Shown in pieces: positions 11,042 through 24,200 of a DNA stretch of 64,000 nucleotides; within the stretch, counting starts at the first letter, position 1, and the number at the start of each line of letters is the position of its first letter. The notes below the pieces were generated by a model, which had not been told where the DNA came from, did not search any database, and worked only from the letters and a program-made list of their open reading frames with translations. This DNA is from Paragordius varius. Lineage: Eukaryota > Animalia > Nematomorpha. The DNA lies in assembly GCA_964247055.1 (NCBI GenBank), contig OZ176055.1, forward strand, positions 4,216,001 through 4,280,000. The letters run 5' to 3'. A program made the translations under genes and the position numbers.

Positions 11042-12549
11042 ATTGGCTCCATGAGTATGATTTGTTTTTATTGTAAAGCTCTAAGATTTAAAAATAAACC
11101 CAAAGGGTTGTGCTGGGCATCAGGTAAGGTGTATTTACCAACATTTCAGAGTTTACCCACAACATTAAATATCTTCTAGCCGGATTTCTCCTGATTCTAA
11201 ACATTTTTTGCAAAATATTAGGGGGTACAATTCTTGCTTTCAAATGACATCATTTGGAACTGATATAGTAACAACTAATAAACTAACTTTTAAAGTGAAA
11301 GGTTAAATCTTTCATAAGGCATGTTCTTTGCTTCCAGCACAAGGGAGCATCACAAATTTTTCCAAATATATTCTGGTGATGATACCGTTGAACTTGGTAT
11401 CTGTTGCAATAATTTTACCAATCTTAAGGGGCCAATTTTATTAGAGTTACAGGAACTATTACATCAGCATAATCAGTTGGTGAAATTGTATAAAACAACA
11501 ATAGATTTGATGCCGTCTAATACGCATAAAATTGTTATTCATCCCAACAAAGTGCCTCGTGGCGAACATGAACGTATACAATGGATGTGGCGATTGTTAT
11601 GGATGGAAATCAATTTTATTCAAGAGATATTGTTCTTCACCTGAAAAACAATTATTTGAAAAATGTGTCATATTCTGGAATGGCACAGATGGCTATAATT
11701 TTAATGTTGAGATGATTAATCCTATCACCAAACAAGAAACTAATAAAAAATGTAGCACAATGAAATATTATTGGTATCGATTAATGATAAGGGACGGTCG
11801 GGATAATCATATTTTAAGATGCCGAAAATTATTTCACCAATAGATTGTGGAAATGCGTGTAAAAATAGAAACAGAGCGTATGTTATATCTTCGGTTAAAT
11901 CAGGCTAAATTTAGTTCTGAAGAATATATGCACCTACGAGATGCTTTAATTTATGAATGTAATATTAACGATATTGGGTAATTTACAATACTAATATCCT
12001 CTTACATAGATAGTCCTCGCCATATGCATGAATATGTCAAGGATGCTTTCGGGTATGTGGCACAATGTGGGAGCCCATATTTGTTACATTTACATGTAAT
12101 CCTCTTTGGGATTCTATAAAAGTTCTCCTACTCCCTGGACAGTCGCCAAAAGACAGGCACGACATTACAGCTCGAGTGTTTAAGCAGAGGCTTAGATTTT
12201 TGAATGATTTTATAGTTAAATTAGAGGTGTTTCGTGCAATGCAACGTTGGATGTACTCAGTCGAGTGGCAAAAAAGGGGACTACCACATGCACATATATT
12301 GATTTGGCTTTATTTCAAAAGGTGATAGATTATGTTATATCCGCTGAAATACCTGATCCTACGATGGATAAAGATTTAAATGAGGCTGTTATGAAATATA
12401 TGATATATGGACCCTGTAACGATTTAAACCCTAGATAACCCAGTCTTTATTAACAAATACGATACAATGGATATCCTATATACAGAAGAAGAGCTCCAGA
12501 AGATGGTGGCAAAACAGCTTTAATGCATTTCAGAAATGGTGAAGTACTA
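11042..12549 (+). pseudogene. Degenerate Helitron Rep/helicase 5' portion (N-terminal Cys region and HUH Rep motifs), helicase missing
   Basis: Frameshifted fragments CFYCKALRF..GLC..GKV.LP, SKHFLQNIRGYNSCFQMTSFG, FVTFTCNP, EWQKRGLPHAHILIW, MIYGPC, YPIYRRRAPEDGG. Confidence 0.92.
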
Positions 12550-12904
12550 TAGTAATTTACGCACTTACAATAAACTAAATGTAAATATTTATATTGTAAA
12601 AATAGTCGTAAAATAACATAGAAATAAAATAATTTATTGGTTCTCAAATTATCGCCATAGAATTTATCAGGAGACACAGTTAGGAAAATTTATATATACA
12701 ACACAGTACAATTAAAAACAAATAATCATGAATTATACTACTCAAATAGAAAAAATTGCAAAGAAACTTTCTTATAAACCCTCGTTGTTGCCCACTCAAG
12801 TAAATATTTATCATCAAATACTAACTCATTTCCAAAGAGTTATATTAAAATAAAAGTTAATATACATCTATCAGATATGGGAATATATAAAAAAATAAAC
12901 TACC

Positions 12905-13110
12905 GACTCTGTAACCAAAACTATTCTATCTCTCAGAGCATCGGCTGAAATATATGATCATGCATTAATCGAACTACAGGAGGGGATAACATGGCAAAGT
13001 GATTTGGCTACTTGACAATGCTCCTTCTCATACAGCATCCGATGAATTCACCTGACCTGGCGCCTTGTGCAAATATTTGATTTTCTTTCAAAATTACCAA
13101 AAAACCTGTA
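12905..13110 (+). pseudogene. Mariner-type transposase fragment with internal deletion
   Basis: WLLDNAPSHTA (13005-13037) followed by SPDLAPC (13048-13068); the usual ~20-aa spacer is missing. Confidence 0.65.
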
Positions 13111-15309
13111 AGATATTATGATTACACCTGGCATATTAGTCATACGTAAATATATGTTTTCTGAAATATACAGAAAATGATTTAATGGCAGACACAAGAT
13201 AGGGTGAGGGCCTAACCATATGTTATTTAGAGGTTGGAGTAAAACTTTTGCTTTTAAATTGAAAATATATTGCTATGTTTATTGAATATATTTCATTTCA
13301 TGAAAAATGTTTTCGATCTACGTCAGATTTATATAGAGTAATATAGTGCGCTAACCATGGACTGATAATGCTGTATTTAAATTGTACATCACTAAGATTA
13401 TTAATTTATCCATATCAATGGGTTCTCCGCATATTTGCTTTAAAGACACGTTAGTTTTGCGCATTTTACAAAGGGTAACCATTGATTATATATAGTCTTA
13501 TAACTTGGCCAAATAATTTAAATGCCATGCTATTTATGGTTGCATAATATTAGAGATAGAAGCTTAAACACCAACTAATAAAAATGCTTAACGAAATTTT
13601 GTCTTTTTATAGAAAATGGCAGCTTATTTAATGTGATCTCATATATTTTCTAATTCCTTCCCTGATACGTTTTTTAATATGGATGCGCATTTTAAAGAGG
13701 ATAAAAACGTTCCCAACGGCTAATTTAAACAAGATACGGTATATTTTGCTTTTATGCTGATAATATTGACCGCTATTTATTTTATATGTTCTCGCTTGAG
13801 CGAAGTTATTTTAAAATTGGGTACTTTGTTTTTTGTGAAAAATTTCATTTTATAGGGCAGCAACTAAATGAAAAAAGTGAGCTTATTATGTTCGGGTTGG
13901 TAAAAAATTTTGAAATTCTGAGGGAATATCAGAATTCTAATGGTGCTTTAACATAAAAGTTGTGTGATATAACACCTCAATAATTGATATAAAAAGTTAA
14001 AAAATGAAGTGTTAAATGATTGGTAAGGCCCAAAATCAAAAGTAATTATTTATGTAATTTATCATAATATACACATGCACAGTCTCCACAAATAGTAGGT
14101 GATATATATTCTGATAGAAAATGTAACATGATTATTATGGTGATTTTAGTTTGAGCCCTTACGCATTTAAGAGAGTTAATTTGCACTTTTCTCGCAAATT
14201 CTCCGTAAGAAAAAATGGCAAAATTTGGGCACATTTTGTATTTTTGGGTTATACACAGTGTAGTATAAAGAAATATCCAGATGAAATTAGATTCTAATAA
14301 TGAGTCCTTTGTTAAATTTTCGAGTGATATAAGAAAATTATTTGCATTTTGGTAAGTGCTCCACACCTAAAAACGGCAAAATTTGCGGACCTTTATTAGA
14401 TAATTTTTTTAGGTAGAAGCTAAATGCTTCATTCCAAAAAATACCAAAATATAACATAAACTACATATAAAAACCGAAATAAAATTTTAAAAAAAATTAA
14501 TTTATTAGATGTGGGCTCTGAGAGTAAAATTTTACGCTCTTCTAAAAGGGGCTAGTTTACTTAAAAACGCACGAAATTTTAAATATATGCTAAATTTTTA
14601 TATCGACTGAATTTTTTAGAAAATTCTATACTCTTCTCCAAAATCTAATTTTTAAAAATTTTGTTGAGGCTTTACTTCGTACTATTTTATTGCATGTTGG
14701 AAACAGTCTTATAACGAGATATTATAAAAAAAATTTTCCATAACTCGATGATGCTGAACATTTCTATCACCTGAATATTTTGATTATCTCTTCGTCTTTA
14801 AATGTATGTTAATTATAAATTGTGCTTTTTTACAAAAATCACCTAATTTGAAAGCAAAAGAACCTTTATAAAATTCTAAAGTGATAGACGGCATTATTGA
14901 ATAATGTATTAAAATATCTTAAAATGTTTCTTACCGTTTCCATGATGCCTCAAAATAGTACGTACGGTTTCAATAAAAGCTAAAAATTGATCTTTAAAAA
15001 AAGTAAGCATTTTTCCGAAAAATATTTTTAATTGATATCAAAATTTATATATTTAAATTTTTTTTCGCGCTATCTAGATTTGAGTTTATTTTATGAAGAC
15101 CATCCCATTTTAGAAGTGCTTAAAGATTTGAGACTTTCTGAGCCCCATTATTATTTTAAAATACTATTTTGCTTTTTATATAAAGTTTATGATATATTTT
15201 AGTATATTTTTTGAAATGAAGATTTAACTTTTTAACAAAAATATGTTATTTAAAAAATGTGCGCGATGGCCATTTTTTGATATTCTTACCAAAAAAGTAA
15301 ATAACTTTC

Positions 15310-15860
15310 TTAACACTTGGATACAATACACTAATTTTAGTCTTCGATATAAATTGGGGTAGTTGGATATCCCAGGCCTGTTTTAATCAAATACTTTAAA
15401 AAGTATGGAAGGAATAACCATGGCAAAACTTTGCACTAACATCAATAAACCTAAATATATAAAAAAATTTATTTAAAAATATTTGATATTAAATATTTTT
15501 AGCTAAAACCGAAAGTAAAAATTTCGTCAACGTGACATGTTTCAAATGGTAAAATTAAAAAATAATTCAATGTTAGATGTAATTTATATTAATATTTAGC
15601 TTTAGTTTTATCCTTGAAATTAAATGAAAACGATATTTTGCAAAAATTTTGTAAAATAAAAATGTCGTCGAAGTAGTTTGAGATGGAACTTTTTTTTCAA
15701 AATAAAATTTTATCAAGATATTTTGGCATATTTATATAATTTTTATCAGGATAGAAGCATAAAATTAAATTGGGACCGTTTTCTTCAGTAGTTTTTTAAA
15801 AATCCTAACTTAAATTTAGTCTGGGGTATTTAGATACCCCAATTTGAATCGAAGTGTTAA
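15310..15860 (+). mobile_element. piggyBac-like non-autonomous element (MITE) with TTAA ends
   Basis: TTAACACTT...AAGTGTTAA ends; subterminal inverted block CTTCGAT.AAATTGGGGTA sits about 30 bp inside the left end but flush at the right end (piggyBac-like asymmetry); same family as 28234-28823. Confidence 0.85.
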
Positions 15861-16595
15861 ATCACTCGTAAAAGCCAAAGACACCATGATAATTCTGATG
15901 CATGACTTACCATATATATATATATTTATTAAGATATTTTTTGAGTACACTGTTTATATAATAATAAACTTTACAAAGGTTTTAAGATGTGGGCTTCGAA
16001 AGTACCTTCTAAAATGGTCAAATATAGATATTGCATGATAATTTTGCTTTGATGCTAATTTTGACCATCAAATAAAAAATATTTTTTAAATTTGCAAATT
16101 TTTTAAAAATTTATTTTATAGCGAAATTTCAATGTTAAGCATAAGGGAAATGACATAGAAGATTCTTAGATTTTACAAAAATTCATAATCCGATTATGCT
16201 GAACGTTTCTATATCCTCAAAATTTATTATGTTCACATGCTTTCAAATTTGGATGAATTTTTTGTAAAAAAATTAATTTATTTTTAACAAATTTATTAAA
16301 GAGATTTTTATATATTTTTGAAAGCTATAATTTATTCCAAAAGATATCTTCAAAATATATGAACTACTTTGAGCAAAACATAATTTTCCAAAATATTAAT
16401 TTTTAGATGTGCGTTCCGAAATGCTTAAATGTTAATGTTATAAGGATGCATGTTTAACAATTTTATATTGTTAAATAAGCATATTTAAATAATTAATTTA
16501 TAATAATAAAAATTATATCAATAATAAAATCCTACTATCTCTCTTTCAAAAAAAATTACGACCAATTTTTCAAAAAACAGCTGTTTATTTAAATG

Positions 16596-16680
16596 ACCAT
16601 GGTCAAAAAATAAATAGTCACTGACCTGGTCATGACCCGGTCCATTTACCGGGTCATGACTTGATCAGCACAACCCTAGT
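16596..16680. other. Palindrome cluster with a 13-bp hairpin followed by CTAG|T; candidate Helitron 3' end or orphan hAT terminus
   Basis: GTCATGACCCGGT-ccattt-ACCGGGTCATGAC at 16629-16660; CTAG at 16676-16679 then T; extra TGACC(A)TGGTCA palindromes. Confidence 0.45.
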
Positions 16681-17098
16681 CAAAACCAAAAGCACCTGAT
16701 TATCTTGCATCTACTTATTAGAATATATATAGTTAAGGATATCTCATTATACCCGATGGACAGAGTGTAATGTGCCCTTGAATCTTTACTATATCCAGCA
16801 ATTTACCCAAAAGTGCAAATATTTTTTTGCTTTTTTAGGCCAAAAGCACCATTAAGCGATTTATTTCCCCAGGTAGTTTTTCCTCTATGTTGTGCACGGT
16901 ATATATATTCATCAAAAGCGATACATCCGTGATTTTCAAGTTGGAGTTCTGAGGTTCAAAATTAATTAAAGTAATTTAAAAAGATTAAAAATACACTTAT
17001 GATCTCCGATGTTATCTCTATATTATATTTTATTTTTTATGATGGTTTAAATTTATAGAACAAGACATGCTATTCACTCTTTACAAATGGGTAAAATC

Positions 17099-20000
17099 AT
17101 GTTCAAGAACGGGATTAGATTTTTTTCAAATATAAATTTTAAATATTTATTATCCTCTGAAATAAATAATAAAATATTGTTGCTAAAACTCAATCGGCCG
17201 CAAAAACGAAACAGCTTTAATTCTGAATTCTTTCAGTAAAAACATTTTTACATAAAGGGAAATTAAAGCATTTTTTACATCCAAAGATGCCATCAAATAC
17301 AACGCGGTTATAGTTTGTGGAAACGGCCAATTATTTTCATCTGGTTTTTGTATTTTTTCTATAAATATAGGAATTGATACAAATGAATTTATAAAATTTT
17401 TTGATAAATTAAAAAATCATGAAGAATATCACAATAAAACTGCCTATGTTTTTGATTACATTCGTAACCTTCAATCTGTATTTTGCGCAATTTCTAATGT
17501 ACATGATTATATATTATTAAGTTTAGTAAACCCATTATATCTGTGATACACGGAGCTTGTATAGGTGCTGCAATGGCTTTCGTATCATGTTGTGACATAA
17601 GATATTGTACGCCAAACACTAAATTTCAATTAAAAGTAAATTAAAAAATTGAAATGATTAATTGTTGTTATTTAAATTTTTATAACACAATGACGATCTA
17701 AAGGTTAATTTATAAAATTACTGGCTAACTTTTTGGATAGGCACTTGTGTTCCTTTTGTTCGGAAAAAAGGAAAACAGATAATATATCTATTTAAATAAT
17801 TAATGAATGAGAGGTGATAGATTACATTAAATAATTAATATAAAAATAGCGTTATCATGGACTTTCTCATTTCTAAATTACAAAACCAGCCATATTTACC
17901 ATATTTTTTTAGTGGCATATATATATATATATACTAAAATCTATCAGGGACATAAAAAAGTACTTTTAGGGCTGCGTACGGCATTTGTGCCTGAGTATTA
18001 CTTCAATGTTATTATATACAGCAGATGCTTTGACCTTGGCTAAAAACAACTATAAGTTGATTATAGATATATACTTGACAAATCTATTTCCAAACGATTA
18101 GAATGAGATATAGTAAATCACGGAATAATGATACAAATTAATAACTTAATAAACACAAAAGGTAAAAAATTATAGATGACCATAGCATAGTTGAATATTA
18201 TATTAAAGTTTCTTTTATAACAAGCTCTCATTTTTGAGTGTTTGATCAGGAATGATTGATATCAAATTAGAGATAATCAAGTAAATGTTAACGAAAAATT
18301 ATCATTTACCAATTCCAAATATTTTCGAAAACTTAATTTATAACTCCAATAATATGGGTATTGCTATATTAAAAATGGGACTGTGGTTTTCAGAAATATG
18401 GCTTTTTCAAAAAAAGTTTACCAGTGGCAAGTATTTTAAAGATTTTCAGATTGTAAAGGAAATATAATTAATGTGAGGAAAAATAATAAAATATATAAAA
18501 AAATTTATGTAAATAAATTTTTAATTTTAAAATTTTTTTTAAAAATTTACATCGCTACTTAAAAATTAAACATTTCAAAAAAAATTAAAATTTTATAAAG
18601 AGCCACTCAAAATTAAAGAGCCACAAATGGTTCGGACACCCCTGATTTATACCAATTCCTTGCTTATTTATATTTGTTATGTTATATCTTTAGGTGTTAT
18701 TCATTATCGTATGTTATCTAATTTACACCATACTATTGTTTTTTTACCGCTATAATTTATCGATTATACCCAATTTGATTAGGAAATTGAGTTTGGATTT
18801 CCATCGGATTTGGGTGTTCTTCAATCACTTCCACACCTCTTCAATTCGGCATCATTTGCAAACGAAATGGCTCTTACTGGTCGTGTATTTTCTGGTTTAG
18901 AAGCTGAAAAATTTGGGTTTTGTCAGATAATACCAAGTCTTTTGCCTGGTTAATTATAATTTAATACTTCCTTTAATTTTTACATGCATAATGCTCAAAA
19001 ATTAAATATCTTCGTATTTTAGATAGTCCATTTATTTATATCTCAATAAAACTAGCATATAAACTAAACTCAAAATATATAATAATATTAAAAATTATAT
19101 ATTTTTTTCATTATTATAATGATTATTCAGATAATAATATTTTATATCCTATTATATCAAAAACATTTTAATGATACTTGATTTATAAATGAATATTTTG
19201 GAATTGTTCTGCATAAAAGTGCAAATTTTTATAAAAACTACTCGTGAATGATTTAAACACGTATATTGCACAATTTAAAGCATCATAATAATTCAGTTTT
19301 TACTAAAAATTAAAAATTACCTATTCGCGCCGCACAGAGCATTGTATCAATTGGATAAAAAAGAATCCGCTTACAACGGTTAAATATATATAAAAAATTT
19401 GTTAATATGCATTGATTCATAGCTTTTCTTGGTTATAAATTTTATTTAAATGAATATTTAAATAAGGGTCGTATAATAGTATTTTTTTCATCATAACGGT
19501 GTGCCTTTTCTAGTTTTTTTTTGTAAAAGTATCTCATTACCCTATCTCTAGGGTATAAACGATTTATTTACATATTATAAACACTTCATATTTCTTCCTT
19601 ATACGCTAAGGCTAAACAAAACGTTTGAGATTCGCCTACCGTTGATGATCAAAAAACAAACTTTTTTGGTATTAAAATTATTTTTTGTCGTGTTAAAGAA
19701 TCCTATTATAGATTTAGTTTATTATCTTTTAATACCAATCCGCTATACCATTTATGTACATGCAGATATTCTGGTATTTATAAAAAAGTTATATTTTGAA
19801 ATTTCATCTACACCAGGGATGTCCAACACGCTTTTTGGTACTCAAAAGTGCTCTAAAAAATGTTCGAACAATAAAGAAATTAAACTGCAATCAAAAATTT
19901 ATGATTTTTAGAAGATATATCAACTAAAATTGGGCTCAAAATTAATAAAAAGCAAACAAAAATTATCAAAGCAGCCGCGAATGTGTGTTGGGCACTCCTG

Positions 20001-20543
20001 TTTTAAACCTTACTCAAATATTTTTACTTTACGCTTGTCTGTTTAAGAGGCTGGCGCCGGTAGGTGTTAAATATTTCGCTATTTCCACAATTATAACTAA
20101 ATCTAACCTATTTGTTTTTCTAATTTTTGGAGGAAAAAACCGAATGTTTATGTTGAGCCTATTTAAAATTTTGTTATTAATAAGCTGATGTTATTATTCG
20201 TTATATAATAATTGTAGGCCTTTTGTTTTATAATTCGAAACGTTCAATTTTGCCTTCTGATTCCATTTTTGTAGATGCATCTAATGAATCGATTAACAAA
20301 AACAATTCGGAAGATTCGGAAAAACAAGCTTATGATCTTACATTGAAACATTGTATTGAGTTGGCAAATAGTATGGCTAAATTGCATCCTGACGCCATTT
20401 CTGGAACAAAAGAAAATATTCGCATGGCCAGACAAGGACAATGTAATAATAACTTTGCTTTGAATTATGCTGCGCGCTACAACGTACATGCCGTGCAAGA
20501 TCCTATTATTCAACGAATTTTACTTGAAAAATTAAAACGATAA
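17099..20543 (+). CDS. ECH1: Delta(3,5)-Delta(2,4)-dienoyl-CoA isomerase (crotonase family); exons 17099-17235, 17258-17343, 17371-17498, 17522-17635, 18783-18948, 20218-20543
   Basis: Spliced translation aligns with ECH1: LKLNRPQKRNSFN, FSSGID, KPIISVIHGACIG, CDIRYC..KFQLKE, DLGVLQSLP, NEMALTGR, GTKENI; all junctions are GT-AG and in phase. Confidence 0.88.
19814..20000. mobile_element. Short hAT (Charlie-like) MITE in ECH1 intron 5
   Basis: Imperfect TIRs CAGGGATGTCCAACAC / GTGTTGGGCACTCCTG; the 8-bp flanks do not match, so it is old. Similar ACACCCCTG ends at about 31-40 and 18636-18644. Confidence 0.55.
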
Positions 20544-21206
20544 AGGGATTGATTTTATAATTATCGATATTTTTATGTATTCATTATAAAAGTTTTGGAT
20601 ATAATAAATTAATATATGCTAAATGTTAAGATTTTATACTTTGGTATTTAAAAATTACATTGCATAATGGTTAAAATTATATTTAATTAATATTGATCAA
20701 TCAATAATTTTAGAGCGTTCCAATCTTGATATTTTTTTAAGGTTTGGGTTAGGCAGTCTAATTAATTTTTATTTTATGCTCATGATAAGTATGAGAGTTC
20801 AAATCCACTAAACTGAATTTTTTTATCACCACTGTCAGACCTGAGCTGTCAACTCTTAAAGCTTTCACAAGTTATTATAATTCAAAACCATTTGATGAAA
20901 TAAAAAAGGAGATCTGAATCGTCTTACTCAAACCGCTGCCCTAAAAGAGCTTTTTTATGGCTCTGAATTATTTATTAAATTTTTTAATCTAGATATTTTG
21001 AGTAAAAATTTGCAAATGTGTCAATTAACTATGAAATTTTAATCGGTATTATAGGATGCACAGCCCTTTAGACATAAAGCACTGCCTAAATTATATAATT
21101 ACTTTTTATTGAAAATAAAAATGTTTGCAAATTATATATGAATAGGAGACACTCAACACAAGGAAGTTAGGTAAATATTCAAACTTATTATTAATAACAA
21201 ACTGCA

Positions 21207-24200
21207 TTATAAAATATTTATTGGTATGCCTCGTAAATCAATTTTTGAATTAATGTTCTCTGGACTTTGATTGGATGTATTCTGTGTAATTGGTTTTTCT
21301 GGCTTTTTTGATTCTTTTAATTCATTTTGTTTAATTTTAGCTTCATAGTCTTTTTGTACCTCGCGAAGTAAGATGTTGGTTAGTGTATGTTCATAATTTC
21401 TTTCATAGGGTTGAATCGGAGGTAGAGGGTTTCCTTAAAAAAACGATGCGACAAAAATAGCGAATACAGCCCATATAACTCGGTATATAATTATTACATC
21501 ATTATTATATTTATAGAAAATATAAATAATAAAAAATAATTTTAGCAATTATTAATTAAAATAAAAGTGCTAGGACCATTTAAGACTTCTTATAATTAAA
21601 TAGAAAACATAATAATTATAATACAATAAAGTAGATTACAAATATAATACTTTTCAATTCCAAGACACATTGTGGAATAGAAAATGTGGAGCGCTTATGT
21701 ATTTGAGTAACACATGAACTTAAATTATCATACCTAGGAACTAAAACTTTAAAAATTTTAGGTATCAAATCTTCATGGCCCTTTAAATTAAAAAAATAAT
21801 ACTTTTAACCACCATGCTGCCATTTCCAAAGTAGGTTTATGTGAATCATAATCAATCGCATCACGTATTAGCTATAACATTATATTGATATTAAAACTCT
21901 TTCCACATATCCTCGACATTCCTCCCCTTTTACTAATGTGGTTTCAATACGTTCAAACCGAAGTAAAGAACATATTAAATGCTTAAGCTGAAGAATTCTC
22001 ATCTTCGTTCCACCATCGTGTAAAAATGAAATTAATGATAATCGAGAATGTTTAGGCTTGACATTTATAGCCAATTTTGGGGGCGGAGGTAAATTTAAAT
22101 CGGATAGACGGAGTACATTATAAGGATGCCGATACCATGGATTCGCGTGCCTTCGATATCAGTATCAGTATCAGTATCAGTATCAGGGGTGAAACAAGAT
22201 CAATCTAACTTGACAGTTTCAGTCTGCACAAGACTCCCCAATCCCCTTCACAGCATAGCCTTCACGGGGCATTGATTACAAAAGTTTGATTTATTCTAAT
22301 ATAAATAAGGAAGTTATATTTAAAGTTATATCGGTTTAAATTTATTCAAAAATTTATTAGGATGACCTTTATTATATTGAAATATTTTTTTATTTATATT
22401 TTATGGATGTTTTAATTAGTTATCTTCAAAGGAGAAAAAAAAATGGTTGTTTCTAAATCCAAGCCAATTATTTGCTATAAAATGTTTGATGTACGTAAAG
22501 TATTTTGATTCAGTTAATATTATCGTATTAAGGTGCAGTTTTTAAAGTTCCAAAAAATTTAGTTTAAAAATTATTATAAGTTTAGACTGTTTTGGAAATC
22601 AAATTCGTTATATACAGTAGCGTATGGTAAGAAAAGATTAAGATTTGTAACCTATTTTAATTGATTATAAACTTTATTTTTTTATTTTTTTTATTTTAAT
22701 TGAATTATTTACCATATGCTACTGTACTATATATATTTTTTTTAAAATTTCGCAAAGTAGAATAAAGAGAAAAAAGGAACCCTAAGGTCTCGAGTGTAAG
22801 CGTTATCCACATATTATCATTATCGGTTCTTGATTTTTTAATTTTTCTAATCTTTTTTTGTTCTTTCTTTTCCTCGTGGTCTAACAAACACATAGCAATT
22901 ATTTGTAATTTGCATTCTTCGGCCGTTTTCTTCCAATTGTTTTGTTTGACTAACTGAATAAATTTGTTTTCATTCAAATCGAATCTTGAAAGAAATGTTA
23001 AGATGCGTCCTAGCCAAGTAGTTTTGTCTTGTTTGTAATTTTCGGTGTTATTATCTTTCCATGATAGCGCTTCCCACAGTGGGCCTATGTTACATCTTTT
23101 AATTTGATGTGCCATAACATTTAATCCTGCTAGGGGGATAGCGTATTCTAAGGGAATGCATTTTGTTTCGGCGTAAAGTGCTGCATTGGATATTAATGAG
23201 TGGTTTTGATAGGAATATCCCATTATTTTCCTTAAGGCTTTGTTGATGAATATTTGAGTTCTGTGTAAGGTTTTTCTTTTTATTGGCCATACTGAGAAGC
23301 CATATGTAATTTTTGTTATTATACATGCCTTAAAAAGTCGTAATTTCAGTTGTTTGCTAAGTATTTTTGAACTCCAGAGTTGGCGCATTTCACCGAATAT
23401 TTCCTGGGTATTGTTCAATCTGTTCATTGCGTTTAGATCTATACATCCTTTTTTTGAGAACCAGACTCCTAAGTATTTGTATTTGTCTACTATTTCAAGT
23501 TCTCCCATTGTGAGAGGAAATTTTTTAATTGATAATTCGGATGTTGTCATAACTTTGGTTTTGTCCATATTTAATATCAGACCTGCTTCTTTAAATTTTG
23601 TTGCTAATAATTCGATGCAAGATCTAAGGGATTCGATTGACTCGCTAACTATACATATGTCATCAGCATAAGCCATTATTTTGTAGGAGCTTAACTCACA
23701 TTCCATTTCTTTTAAAATTTTATCTGTAATGAGATTAAATATTTTTGGGGATATTGGGCATCCTTGTTTAACTCCTCTAGTCGTTGAAAATATATTTCCA
23801 TAATAACCTTCAGTGACGACTTGGAAACTTCCATTTATTAACAGGTTAATTATAAAGTTTTTCCAATTTTGATCGAGTTTTAGATTGTTTATTATTTTTA
23901 TTATATATTGTCTGTTTGCGTGGTCAAACGCTTTCTTGATGTCGACGAAACATATCCAGATTGTTGTTTTTAGCATATTGCTTTTTTCTATGTATATATT
24001 TAAAGCCGTAAATAGTTCCGTTGTTCCGCACCCTTTTCTGAATCCACCGATTGCGGGGTGAAGCTCATGTTCTAGCTTCTCAAGTTGTCGCAGGGCTGCT
24101 GTTGCCAGGATTTTATAGATAGTGTTGGATAAAGTTATGCCTCTATAATCTTCAGGTTTACATGCGTTACTTTTTTTCGGTAAAGTTTTTATGGTAAATT

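Noticed and set aside
21207-22158. MRPL17 as a decaying pseudogene signalling mitochondrial genome loss
   Set aside because: All core exons are intact and in phase, a plausible exon 1 exists beyond the LINE, and CRLS1 and ECH1 are intact.
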